Part shown: positions 1 to 10,928 of the stretch, piece after piece | Layout of the letters: each line of letters opens with the position of its first letter | Numbering within the stretch: the stretch's first letter is position 1 | The notes under the pieces: model-generated | Seen by the model: only the letters and a program-made list of their open reading frames with translations | Database searches by the model: none | What the model was told of the DNA's origin: nothing | NCBI GenBank assembly: GCA_002245135.1 | Contig: NGBS01000049.1 | Location: 1-49,476, forward strand | Length of the DNA: 49,476 nucleotides | Source of the DNA: Proteromonas lacertae | Taxonomy: Eukaryota | Reading direction: 5' to 3' | Translations under genes and position numbers: made by a program

Positions 1-2052
1 GTTGACAAAGGCAATGGTACATATGGATTAGATGTCTATGATCCTAAATCTAGTTTCAATAAATTTTATGATACTATAGGAGATGAGGATGATATAGAGG
101 AATTATCAAAGCCTGTTAATCCAAATATAAACAAAAAACAATTTATGACTGATGAGATGAAATACAAATTATATATGTCAGGCATCACAGATCAGTTTGG
201 ACGATATTATAGGAACATAGGTAAGTATAACAAGCCATACTCAGATTAATGCTCAACCAGAGAATTTAACATATCAATGGCAAAATCCATTTTTATCTCA
301 AATTGAAGGACACCATTACAACAATGGGATCACAGTACAATGTAAATTCATATCAATCCAATCCAAGATGGAATAATAATGCTGGTACAACACAAAAAGA
401 TCACGAGTATGAATTACAACAAGAAAATGAAATAGTGAAAGCAAGGAATGAAGAATATCAGAGAAATAGCAACAATGGAAGAAAGAGAAAAACAATCATT
501 AATTTCAAAAATGATAAATATTTCTCAGGTAATACAACATACGATTGGTTGAAATTTGGTGTAAAGTTCTGCTTATGTACTATGACATTAGGTTCTATTT
601 CACAAGTGTTTGATATACTATTTCCTGATAGTACTGTTGGTGCAATATTAAAGTATTTAGTAAATGCAGGAATAGGATATAGTGGTGTTATGCAATGGAT
701 ATTTGGTTTATCCAGCATGGGTTAATGCAGCATCTTTTGTGTCAATGTTAACTCCTAATTTTGTCAGTTTGGTATATAATCGTTGGAAACAAGTTCCTCC
801 AATGGATATGTCACAATGGATTCATTCTAAGTTAGATAGTATAATGGGTTTCTTTACTACATCACTAAGCAATATATACAATTGGTTCAGAGGTATATTT
901 GGTGCTACTCCTACAACAACAAATTCGACGAGTGCGCCGGCACTTCAAATATTCAAGCATCGAATGTTACAACTGCCCCAGTTATAATAATACAACTAAT
1001 AGTACTACAACTAGTTCTAATAATACAACTTCAATACCTGCAACTGGGGCAGGTTATAATAATCAAAGTTCAAATGCTGCAAGTTACGCCGGAATGATGG
1101 CAGGTGCTGCTGCCGCCACGGCGCAGCAGCCCAGCCAACATTGCAAAATAACACAACAATACAACAACAACAACAAAGATATAATGTAGATGCTATTATG
1201 GAAAAATTACAACCATTTTTGATTAATCAATATGATTATGAATCAGTTAAGCAAATGGTTATGAATAATACAAAACAAGATTTAGAAAATGTATGTAAAA
1301 AATGTAGGATTGCCATTAGATATTATATCAAAGTATTCCAGCTATGGTGGAACAATAGATCAATTGGCAGATTACTTACATTATTTCAAATATCAATGTG
1401 GTCGTAGTGTTCCAGAAGCACGATCAGATGTGTGCAATTTAATTAATGGTATGGGTAGTGAATATCATTTATGCCAAAAGTAAATTATGGTTTATTTGGT
1501 ATGTCTTTAGATGGATATCCAAAGACAGGTTCAGGTAGAAGAAAACATGTTCATTTCAAACATAAGAAACATCACAGAAGAAATAAACTAAAATTAGAGA
1601 GTATCCCACGGAGGCATCTCTTGGCTACTAAGAAATTAGGTGGTAATAGTGGTATTATACCATTAAGAGTGGGTCAAAGTGTTGGTCCTAATGAGCATGT
1701 CATTATTACTAATCCAAGACAACAAATGTATGATGCTGCTAGTGCTGCTTATAATGGAACATCACAATTACAGCCAAGTCAAATACCAGAATATATTCAA
1801 CCATATATACCAATAGAAACTGTAGGATATGATTATAATTGGAATTATGATAAATTATTTAGTCCAGGTTTGAATAGACAAGCTCGAAAAGAAGTTCAAT
1901 ATGCATTAACTAATAATTATGCTTCAATGTTGCCTAACAATTATCATATTAATTTTTATGATATGCTAGATCGTGAACATAAAAAAGGACATTTAAGAGG
2001 AACATTCCCATCAGCAGAATTAGATACATCTAATCCAAGAAGCTATCTTTGA
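1..2052 (+). pseudogene. Frameshift-fragmented N-terminal part of a large element protein, probably contiguous with 2049-4259
   Basis: Successive overlapping + strand ORFs (1-249, 303-725, 682-987, 1141-1407, 1289-1483, 1471-2052) can be joined by small frameshifts. Contains hydrophobic segments, a Thr/Asn/Ala-rich linker and GSG-RRKHVHFKHKKHHRR. Confidence 0.55.
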
Positions 2053-4259
2053 ATTGGCCTGAATATGTTACAGAAGCAGATGTTCAGGCATATGATAATG
2101 GAATGAATAGAGTTACAGATCCTTTGTTACAAAAATTTCCTAAATTACAAAATTATAAATCATTACAAGAGATTATAGAAAAAAATCCTCAATTAGCAGC
2201 CTATAAAAATTATAGACAAGATTGGTTGACCTCAACTTGGGATAAATTAACAGGTAATGATAAAGATGCAATAGAATATTATAACAAACTATTATTACAA
2301 CAGGAGTATTTGCAAAATGAATTAGTTGATGGAGTAAGTAAGATCAATCAATATTCAGATCCATATAATTTTGATCCGAATCGAGCTGAAAAAGTAAAAG
2401 AATATATTGCATTGAATAATCAAAAGGCACAAAGATATATGGATGATCAAGAGATATTAGAAAGATCAAAATTTTATAGATGGGCATTAGATCCAAAAAA
2501 TCAAGAACTGGTGAATAGTGCTATAGATATGGGTGAAGGACAGTGTACATTAATTAATGAAGATAAATATAGAGAACTGAATGAAATAGCATCACAAAAT
2601 AGTAGAGATTTCATTAACTTTGATTATAACAGAGAGAAGTTAGGTCACTCACTTCCTCAAGAGTGGGTGAATGCAGATAATAGACAAAAATATGAAATAG
2701 CTATTGGTTTAGTGAAAACTGCTTGTAGTTCATGGGCACAATTTGAAAATTCACAATTTCAAAAAGCACTTGATTCATTACGTGAATCTGATTTTATGGG
2801 TTTTGCTGGTAATTTGTTCCTGTGTGTAGAGAATGTATTTAGGATATTTCCACAAATATACTATACAATGAAGTCATATTTGGTAGGTGGAGTTACTCCT
2901 CAAATGTTTGAAGTAGATCATGCAATGAAATATGTTCGTGCAATAGTAATGACATGTTTGGCTTATTGGTTATGGAAAAAATCTAAACTACCAACATCAG
3001 GGTTCTTGTATGTAATGTGGTACTTTATTTTCGACTACTATGAAATAATTCGTATGCTGTCAGGTGGTAGATTACCTGCTATCACTGACTTGTATTATGG
3101 TAATTCAGAAAAAGTTAAGTCAATGTTACCTGAAGCAATTCAAAAATCATGGTTACCTGTAGACTTGTTGTATAACTTTGGTGTTTCATTTATGTTCAAT
3201 ACTCATCCATATGTTCGATACTTATTTCAATTAGTTCCATTCTTCTACAAATTTTCTAATATTGGAAATATAGATGCAAAAAATGTAGGTGATACATTAA
3301 AAACAGCAGCAACTGTAGCTGCAGCTGCAAATGGAGGTGATGCAACAACTGCTGCAGCAGCAGTTAAAGGTATCAGTGAATTATCAAAAGCTATGCCATC
3401 AATGGCAAAAACTGCTGTTGCAGCTGATCCAACAGGTACATTACAAACTGTTGCAGGTATAGGAACAGTATTCAGTGCATTGACTGCTTGTTTTGGTTTG
3501 CTAGATGCAGGTGGTTTATTAAACTGGTTAAAACCAACACCATATCAACACAAGAATGCAATCAAAATGGACAACTACGTGAAACGTTCACAACAAACAA
3601 TTCCAAGTTCACTCACTAATTTTGGTAGAGCAGTGAGTAATTTAGATCAAGCAAAACAACTCAGTGAAGCTATGAGTTACTTTGGAATAGGTAATGGAAA
3701 TAATAAAAAAGTAAAGAAATTAATTTCACGTAGGAAAGTTTTGTATAACAGTATCACTTCAGATACCTTATCGAACTTTGATATAGAGTTAATTGTGAAA
3801 AATGAGTTCAATAATTTCCATGGAAAGTTCATGGGAGTGTTCTGCTGGGACGAGCTTGTACTTCCTATACCCAAAAAGAAGAATCAATGGGGAATCATAA
3901 TCAATACACTCACCACACAAGCTAGCCCTAATTCTATAGGTCATTGGGTAGCCTTAGTAGTTGACAATATCAAGAAACAATTCCTGTACTATGATTCATT
4001 TGGTGAAGATCCTCAACACTTGGAAGAATTTAAAAAAAATTTGAAAAAATTAAAAAAGTATCATAATGAAAAGTATGAACTTAAAATCAATGGAGTACAG
4101 AATCAAAATTCAAATACTGCCAACTGTGGTTTTTTTGCTATTAATTTTTTGAAAAATATTTTAAGAGATCAGTGTAGTTTCAAAAAGGCTACTGACTATA
4201 ATACAATAGTGGGTGAAGCAAAAATTAGGTTAATGAAAAAACAATTTGGATTAATATAA
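2049..4259 (+). CDS. Large protein with C-terminal adenain-like (clan CE) cysteine protease domain
   Basis: The last ~180 aa contain IGHWVAL (His), YYDSFG (Asp) and QNSNTANCGFF (Gln/Cys) and align with the protease at 14649-15200. The N-terminal part is helical with hydrophobic and Ala-rich segments. The TTG start probably reflects a frameshift from 1471-2052. Confidence 0.85.
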   Translation: MNWPEYVTEADVQAYDNGMNRVTDPLLQKFPKLQNYKSLQEIIEKNPQLAAYKNYRQDWLTSTWDKLTGNDKDAIEYYNKLLLQQEYLQNELVDGVSKINQYSDPYNFDPNRAEKVKEYIALNNQKAQRYMDDQEILERSKFYRWALDPKNQELVNSAIDMGEGQCTLINEDKYRELNEIASQNSRDFINFDYNREKLGHSLPQEWVNADNRQKYEIAIGLVKTACSSWAQFENSQFQKALDSLRESDFMGFAGNLFLCVENVFRIFPQIYYTMKSYLVGGVTPQMFEVDHAMKYVRAIVMTCLAYWLWKKSKLPTSGFLYVMWYFIFDYYEIIRMLSGGRLPAITDLYYGNSEKVKSMLPEAIQKSWLPVDLLYNFGVSFMFNTHPYVRYLFQLVPFFYKFSNIGNIDAKNVGDTLKTAATVAAAANGGDATTAAAAVKGISELSKAMPSMAKTAVAADPTGTLQTVAGIGTVFSALTACFGLLDAGGLLNWLKPTPYQHKNAIKMDNYVKRSQQTIPSSLTNFGRAVSNLDQAKQLSEAMSYFGIGNGNNKKVKKLISRRKVLYNSITSDTLSNFDIELIVKNEFNNFHGKFMGVFCWDELVLPIPKKKNQWGIIINTLTTQASPNSIGHWVALVVDNIKKQFLYYDSFGEDPQHLEEFKKNLKKLKKYHNEKYELKINGVQNQNSNTANCGFFAINFLKNILRDQCSFKKATDYNTIVGEAKIRLMKKQFGLI

Positions 4260-4295
4260 TATATAATATATAATTATTACTTAATTATTTTTTTT

Positions 4296-4703
4296 TTATG
4301 TGTGGTGAAATATTGTATGAGTTTCAATATATTCTATCATCTCTCTATCCATATGAGTACATTTGAAGAATATTGGCATCTTACCATTAAAACATCTTTG
4401 TGGCATTCTAATGATTACTTTTTTCATTGTTGGTGTGTATGTAACTTTCGGATAATCTCTATTTCCTAAGTCACAAGGACCTACAAACACTAATATCAAA
4501 CGTTGACTCATGATCATGCTAATCATTTTGTGTGTTAACTCAAAATACCATTGATATATAGGTTTTCGATGATAAAAAAATATAAGGAATTGTAGGCTAT
4601 ACAAATCTAAGTATATGTCTGGACCACTTAAATGATATTTTTTTGTTACCTTGGATTCAAGTTCTGGTAATTTATATTCAATCTGTGGTGGTAGTGTAAG
4701 CAT
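4296..4703 (-). CDS. Hypothetical protein (135 aa)
   Basis: ATG-initiated ORF convergent with the protease fusion; no recognisable motif. Confidence 0.5.
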   Translation of the reverse strand: MLTLPPQIEYKLPELESKVTKKYHLSGPDIYLDLYSLQFLIFFYHRKPIYQWYFELTHKMISMIMSQRLILVFVGPCDLGNRDYPKVTYTPTMKKVIIRMPQRCFNGKMPIFFKCTHMDREMIEYIETHTIFHHT

Positions 4704-4738
4704 ATGTATAATAAAATATTTTTTTAAAAAAAGAAATT

Positions 4739-4833
4739 AAAAAAAATGGGATTACTAATAGTCTGTGCTAGGAATCGAACCATTAATGCCAGCTGCATGA
4801 CTCTTTTTTCCTTGCACAGTCTATCAGATCCCA
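4739..4833 (-). ncRNA. Candidate Pol III small structured RNA 1 (VA-RNA-like)
   Basis: On the minus strand, GGGAU-CUGAUAG-A-CUGUGC-A-AGGA pairs with UCCU-A-GCACAG-A-CUAUUAG-UA-AUCCC, with a G-U pair only on this strand. Perfect B-box GGTTCGATTCC at 4771-4781; ends in a T8 run (4739-4746). Confidence 0.6.
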
Positions 4834-4840
4834 ATTAAAT

Positions 4841-5035
4841 AAAAAAAGGGCATTTAGATATACCGTGCCAGGATGATTCAAGCCGAATTTCAATGGCGCA
4901 ATATTAAACAACACACATCCAAGTAGAAATTATTATTAAACTTCCATAAATTCCTTGTGAAATTAATTTAATAAATAAATAAATAATTATAAATTTGAAA
5001 CGCAGCCCTCATCGTAGCTAGTCTATCCAATGCCC
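4841..5035 (-). ncRNA. Candidate Pol III structured RNA 2 (VA-RNA-like), paralogue of RNA 1
   Basis: GGGCAUUGGAUAGACUAGCUACGAUGA pairs with UCAUCCUGGCACGGUAUAUCUAAAUGCCC (about 24 bp, three G-U pairs on the minus strand). Followed at once by T7 (4841-4847); no internal T4 despite an AT-rich interior. Confidence 0.55.
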
Positions 5036-5085
5036 AATAATAAAAAACAACATATACAATATATAGCATAATAAAAATTTATTCG

Positions 5086-6386
5086 TTACAATATTGATTT
5101 GTCTCCCTTCTTTCTCTTGGGTCTCTCCAGTATTTTTCTAAACCATGTGGTTGGTGCATCATCTTTTCTCACTAACTGCAACTCATAGTGTTTGAATCGA
5201 ATTAATGAAAAACCTTGAATGTCATTCCCATTGATATCACCTATATGTATGAATATCGATTTTTCTTGATTATCTTATATACATTGTCTGACCAGTATAT
5301 GTTCTTATCCATTTTACGTCTTCTCTCTTTGAATCTCACCAAATCACCTACTTCGAAATTTTGGCCAGTATGGCCCAATTTTTCATAATTCTTTCAGTTG
5401 TAGTTAATTGATTTTTGTAATATTTGTTTTTGTAATTCTGGACTATGGAATACTTCATTTGGGGTATATCCTTTAATTCCTGGTAATGGCTTGTTGTTAT
5501 AGTCATCTATCACTTCCTGTATTATACTATCTAGTTTTAATTTATAATTCATATCTGGTATAATATGCTTATCATTGTGATCAATATCTGCCATATATGT
5601 AGGTGCATCATATCCCAGATCCACCAAGTGTTTGTACAATAGTCTTCTTATCACACTCACTGATCTATCCAATAATGACTCTATTTTATGCTCAGAACCA
5701 TCTTTTTGAAAATATGATATTCCTTCAGCATCACATAACTTCTTGATATTTGAAAAACTAGCATCAGCATCTGATAGGATACTTACTACATTTTTATGTG
5801 TTTTGTTTCCATAGGCATCTGTTTCATAATACCACTTCTGAAATGCATCCAATGTAATATCACCATATTTATTAGGCATAAATATTGCCCATACTTTTCT
5901 TGAATTCATTTCGATAAAATACAAATGTTCCATATCAGGTAAGAAAAACACTATATCCATTTGGAAGTACCCAGGCTTCTTGATAGTTGCGAATGGATTA
6001 TTTTTTTTATATTTGAAATCGACAATTTGTTTTCCAGGTTGTCTCCTTAAGTATTCACGTACTACATCTGGTGGTGGAGCTATATCATTCATACTAGACA
6101 AATGTTGTGTCATTTTGACAAATTCATTTTCATTACGGTAATAATAATTTTTATATAGTTCATCTAAGCGTGATCGATATTAGGCAATTTGGTTTGACAT
6201 TTGGTCTTCATACGAAGCCTCTCTTGTTGGATGTGTAATATTCGGTGCTCCATGGTTAATATATGTTGCAAGTGATAAGTTACCATTTGTAGGTAACGGT
6301 TTGACAGGATATGGGTTCTCGTTGCTATATGAGCTGTATAAATGTGGATCGTAACTATTAGTGCTAAACATATGGTCCAAAAACAA
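5086..6386 (-). pseudogene. rve-type integrase 1, disrupted
   Basis: PGYFQMDIVFF / ILSDAD / LLDRSV core and YNNKP..IKGYTPNEV. The frame reads through TAA (6180-6182) into YRSRLDELYKNY and through TGA (5394-5396) into an SH3-like FEVGDLVRFKERR tail. One frameshift near 5245; stop at 5086. Colinear with integrase 2. Confidence 0.85.
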
Positions 6387-6534
6387 AAAACAAAAGTAAT
6401 AATGAAATTCATTTCATTATGATTATTATCTAAATTAATAGAGTTATATGTCTTTATAGCAACATTTAAAAAAATATATATACATATAACATTTGTTCAT
6501 CGTTCAACGTTATTTTCCTTTCAATTCACTTATT

Positions 6535-7327
6535 ATGAGCAACTGGAAGATACTATACAAAAATAGTTTCATTAATGATCCAAATCCGAGCATATATAAA
6601 ATTTTATGTGAGAATTTTAAGACGATTGTAGAACATGAGAAAGATTTGCAACGTTATAGGTATATTATATTATTATATGTCTATAGCTGGAATGGTAACT
6701 TCAGTATAAGGCGTTTCAGTACATGGTACAAAAGATTCACAGAAATTGAAAAGATTGATGATCGTCATGAAAGATTAAAAATGTCCAGAGTGTTGATGTC
6801 TGTCCTGCTATGTAATATCGTGTATAAAGAGGATCTGGACAAAAGCATCGTATATCCAATTAATATATATTTCAATTTTGAATCAATAGTATGATCGTAT
6901 GCTTGACCATGCAATGGAGGATATGATAGAACTGACTTGTATGTATATCATACATTTCGGTGACAACGATTTAGCAAAATGCGAAAAAGAAGAAAACAAG
7001 AATTCGAAAGGAGATATAGTTTACAGATGTACTGCTGAAAGTATGGTAAGTAGTAAAGTCTCTATAGCATCGTTGTTTGATAATCTGGATGATGATGATT
7101 ATAATGATGACAACAACAACAAGTTGTTAAAAGTGACATCCACCAAAAGAAAGTGCAGTACATCTAAAGCTCCAAGATTCAAAAGAAAGAAGACCAATCA
7201 GAAAAGAAATTCAAACAGAAAGGAAGAAGACACCAGTACAGAGGAAGATGAGGATGATAATAACTTCTCCCAATTTATAGTAGATGATGATGATGATGAG
7301 GAGCCAGAGTACCAAAATGATTATTAA
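6535..7327 (+). CDS. Hypothetical protein with basic NLS-like segment and acidic tail, split by a probable frameshift near 6890
   Basis: ORFs 6493-6894 and 6899-7327 abut; first ATG at 6535; RFKRKK motif and D/E-rich C-terminus. Confidence 0.5.
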
Positions 7328-7496
7328 TCTCTGGTCCTAATTGGTTCAAATGATATATTGTGTTTGTGTGGGAGTGTTGTTTTCATAATTTACATAATTA
7401 ATTAGCATTATAACAAGTCTTATAAGAAATTTCAATAATAGAAAAATAGACGCGTTTCAAAAGTGATTTGGCTTGAACTCTATATTTTGTTTTATT

Positions 7497-7567
7497 TGAT
7501 ATAGGATGTTCACTATATGGTGTCATATCACACAGTATGGTGGCCATCCTATCTATCATTGTTTTTT
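7497..7567 (+). ncRNA. Long pre-miRNA-like hairpin followed by T6
   Basis: UGAU-AUAGGAUG-U-UCACUAUA..GUGU loop ACAC..UAUGGUGG-C-CAUCCUAU-CU-AUCA; two U-G pairs favour the + strand; T6 at 7562-7567. Confidence 0.45.
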
Positions 7568-7788
7568 GAATTTTTTTAAGAAAATTAAATTTCGATTATG
7601 ATCAGAAAGTCAAACTAAGGGCATATATAAGCCCAGCATAAATAGAGAAATCGATTGATATATTTATTATGCATTCAAAACGTTTCTAAGGGTGAAAAAA
7701 CACATAGGGGGTTATAGAAGGTTTAAAAATATGCGTAATTTAAAAAGCAATATGTATTAATAATAAACATAATAAATTCATATTAAAG

Positions 7789-8682
7789 CTATAATAAAGA
7801 ATGATCATTAGGGTAAACATGCCTTAAACCAAAATCTATAATCTTTGTATCAATTGTTTGAGGTAATATTGCTTGATACTGATCACCTTCACATCCATCA
7901 CTTTCTAACCATAATAAAACTTTATTTTCATTAAAACAATATAAATAAAAATTACAAGATAATTTTTGAGGTGGGGTAACACTATTGTTATGAATCTCTA
8001 TAGGGAATGGCACTGCATTAGATCCATCATTAGGGTAATGATTATACAAATGATTAAAAAATGAATAGAATTTATCATCTGAACTATATTTAGGATATAA
8101 AAGAGAATCATTATCTAAACGTAAACGAATTTTACGAAGTTGTCTATTACCACTAAATATTTGACATAATTTTAATGTTTTAATTCTCATAAAATTTGGG
8201 AAGATTGTAACTGTAATAGGTATACGATCAATTATTTGTTCATTATACATATTATTACCTAAATCTTCTTTTAACGATACAGTCCATGTAGTATAATACT
8301 TACCTAATATAGTAGGAAATATTATATTCATAGTTTTGCAATGTTTATAGATAGAATACATAAACTTACCACTTTTGTTCTTCATAAAATTTTCATAATC
8401 ATTTTGATAATATAATGTTCCAAGTGTCTCTTTACTAATATATTCATTATTTTCATTATTAAATGATAATGTTGTGACTGCACTTAATGTACTAGTAATT
8501 TTATTATCACATCCACTTATTTTAATATTACATTTTTCAATTTCATCATTGATGGGTTTAACAATAGTATCAGGATCAATAGGATCAGAAGGAGGAGGTA
8601 TATTTATTTTGTCAGCTATATCTTTAGCAAGCTTATCTGTATCAATATTTATATCTGAAGTATTTCGTTCCCCAATAAACAT
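7789..8682 (-). CDS. Hypothetical virion protein, possible fiber/spike (297 aa from MFIGERN)
   Basis: Last gene of the co-oriented penton-MCP-ATPase block; short N-terminal heptad-like segment then a beta-rich-looking domain. Function is inferred. Confidence 0.45.
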   Translation of the reverse strand: MFIGERNTSDINIDTDKLAKDIADKINIPPPSDPIDPDTIVKPINDEIEKCNIKISGCDNKITSTLSAVTTLSFNNENNEYISKETLGTLYYQNDYENFMKNKSGKFMYSIYKHCKTMNIIFPTILGKYYTTWTVSLKEDLGNNMYNEQIIDRIPITVTIFPNFMRIKTLKLCQIFSGNRQLRKIRLRLDNDSLLYPKYSSDDKFYSFFNHLYNHYPNDGSNAVPFPIEIHNNSVTPPQKLSCNFYLYCFNENKVLLWLESDGCEGDQYQAILPQTIDTKIIDFGLRHVYPNDHSLL

Positions 8683-8726
8683 TTTTTGAATTAATAAACA
8701 ATAAAATAACAAAATTAATAAAAACA

Positions 8727-9488
8727 TCAAGAAACTTCAGAATGATCTTCAATCAAAATATTAAAGTTTGCTCTAAAAACCTTTTTAACATTATCAATAT
8801 ATAAGAAGTTATATTGTGGCTTAGTAACAGCTAAATATAACTCTTTAAATGTTTCATATTCAGGTATCCATATATTCAATGAGTTGTATAAGTCAAACAA
8901 ATTTCTGTTACTCAATCCATAAAATGTTTAACAATAATCTACTTGCGATCTTGCTGAAGGTACTATATCAGTAATATATTGACTACTAATTATAATTTTT
9001 GATTTTAAATGTCTATTTTCTTTCATTAATACTGGTATGATATTAGCTGTTTTCAACTCTAAACTAAGATCATCAAATATTATAATATGTTCTGCATATT
9101 CATAATTATCTTTGTTTGTACCATCAATTGATTTCATTAACTTCTCTACTAAATTATCTCCTGAGTAAGGTTCAAATAATGAATCATTTTCATCATAACT
9201 AATTTCATTATAATCTAATAACTCTTTAATTGAATCATATATCCTATCTTGTTTGATTGTACCTACGAAAAAATGTACATGTTGTTTTTTCTTATATTTT
9301 GGATCTATAATATGTCTTAATATATTGTATATCAATGTAGTTTTCCCACTGTTCTTACGAGCTACAATAAATATATTGCAGAAAGGCTCATTAAAGTAAT
9401 CATAACCCAGAATTTTCTTATGATCAAATGACTCACCACCATCAACAGGTTCAATTTGTATATTATTTATTTTTTCAAATTTAAACAT
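8727..9488 (-). CDS. FtsK/HerA (A32-like) DNA packaging ATPase with one in-frame TAA at 8928-8930
   Basis: Walker A ARKNSGKTT, Walker B IIIFDD, Arg finger ENRH, SSQY. The frame continues C*TFYGLSNRN into ORF 8727-8915 (PQYNFLYID). Confidence 0.9.
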
Positions 9489-9558
9489 AGTGTATATATA
9501 TATTATGTAGTGAGAAATCAAAAAATAAAAATAGAAGTCAATAATAAAGTATTATTAC

Positions 9559-10873
9559 TTATACTACTTTTTCAACACCCCTTGGTCCAATAATCAATAG
9601 TTTATTTGAGCAATCCAAAGTAATTTTTAAATCACTTGCTAAGTCTTTACCAGCTCTTAATTTTAATTCAGTTAATCGATCAGTACTGAAATTTAGAACA
9701 TCAAAAAATGTTTTGGGAAATGAATATATATTACATTTATCATATAATGTATTTTGAATAATATTTCTCATATATTCCCAAGTTTGATATTTTGCAGGAT
9801 ATAAATAATCAGGTGTATAAACGAAATCATTAATTTGCCATCTTATTCTATCTTGATCTGATCAAAAGGAATAGGATCTCTTTTATATGCATCATTATAA
9901 TACAATATAAATTTAACATAACTTCCAATGCTACTATTAATACTGAAGTTATAGTTAAAAGTATTACTACCTGGAATAGGGTCTTTAGTGATTTGAACTA
10001 TATTAAAGTCAGTAAAGTCAATAGGATGATGAGTTGAATAATTAATGGTATTAGCATTACATGTTGGATCTTTATTGTAACAAATGTAAAGTCTAGGGTT
10101 AATAATTTTCATTCCTACATGTTGTTGCCATGAATTAATCCAAACAGAACCATTGCTATGATGAATTGAATATAAATGACTTCACCAAAATAAATATCAT
10201 TCTTCAAAGCTAATATAGTATTATAGAAATCTGCAAAATGAAATCTACAGTATAGTTTTCCATGTAATATATCTTCTGTTGTTCCCATTTCTTCCCAATA
10301 ATTCCAAACACCTCCATTTGCTTTTAAAGTAGAATTAGAATCACATATAGTTGTTTCAAGAATTTCATTATTATCAATGTGTAAGCCATCAAATAAATAT
10401 TGATAATAATTTTTATCTTTTATATCATAAGGATACTGATTAGCAATTTCATGAGCTAAATCTCGATATTCATTATAACTACTATCTAAATCACATAGAA
10501 GTGTTCCAGTTTTATTGTATACTTTGATAGTTCCAAAATTCATTGAATTCTTTAAATTTATATGATCTAATGTTTTACCACTAGTAGAAGTTACAGGTGT
10601 AATAGGTAATTTCCAATTTCCTGAACCTGAAGCTGCATGATCTCTTTTTTGACCTGTAGTATAATCTATTTCAAATTCAAAGTAACTTTTTGATAGATTA
10701 ACACAATTATCACCAGATATTTCAAATGTAATAGCATCACTGTTTGAATTTAAAGATAAAACAGTCTCATTTCTGCTTTGGTTAGGTGTAACTAAAATAT
10801 GATTGTAGACTGGTATATAAGCTGGCACAATGCTTTCATGTTTTTGTGAATTAGGTACAGCAGTGATTGACAT
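9559..10873 (-). CDS. Double jelly-roll major capsid protein (~437 aa), split by two frameshifts (~10165, ~9848)
   Basis: PLV MCP-like motifs ITFEISG..VNLSKSYFEFEI, IKVYNKTGTLLCDL, NTILALKNDIYFGEVIYIQF, INPRLYI. Lies between penton and ATPase. The fragments join via HHSNGSVWINSWQQHVG and RWQINDFVYTPDY. Confidence 0.8.
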
Positions 10874-10928
10874 ATTTTATGTTATTTTTTAAAAATCAAA
10901 AAAATGCTTAAAAATAGCAAGAAATTTA

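Noticed and set aside
925..1140. GC/CpG-rich patches
   Set aside because: Explained by Ala/Gly/Pro-rich coding sequence; no convincing structure seen.
4748..4833. tRNA gene suggested by GGTTCGATTCC
   Set aside because: No cloverleaf: the T-stem has only 2 bp and there is no D or anticodon arm. The sequence folds as one long terminal stem.
9840..10170. Programmed ribosomal frameshifting in the MCP
   Set aside because: No slippery heptamer with downstream structure is seen, and frameshifts are widespread, including in host genes.
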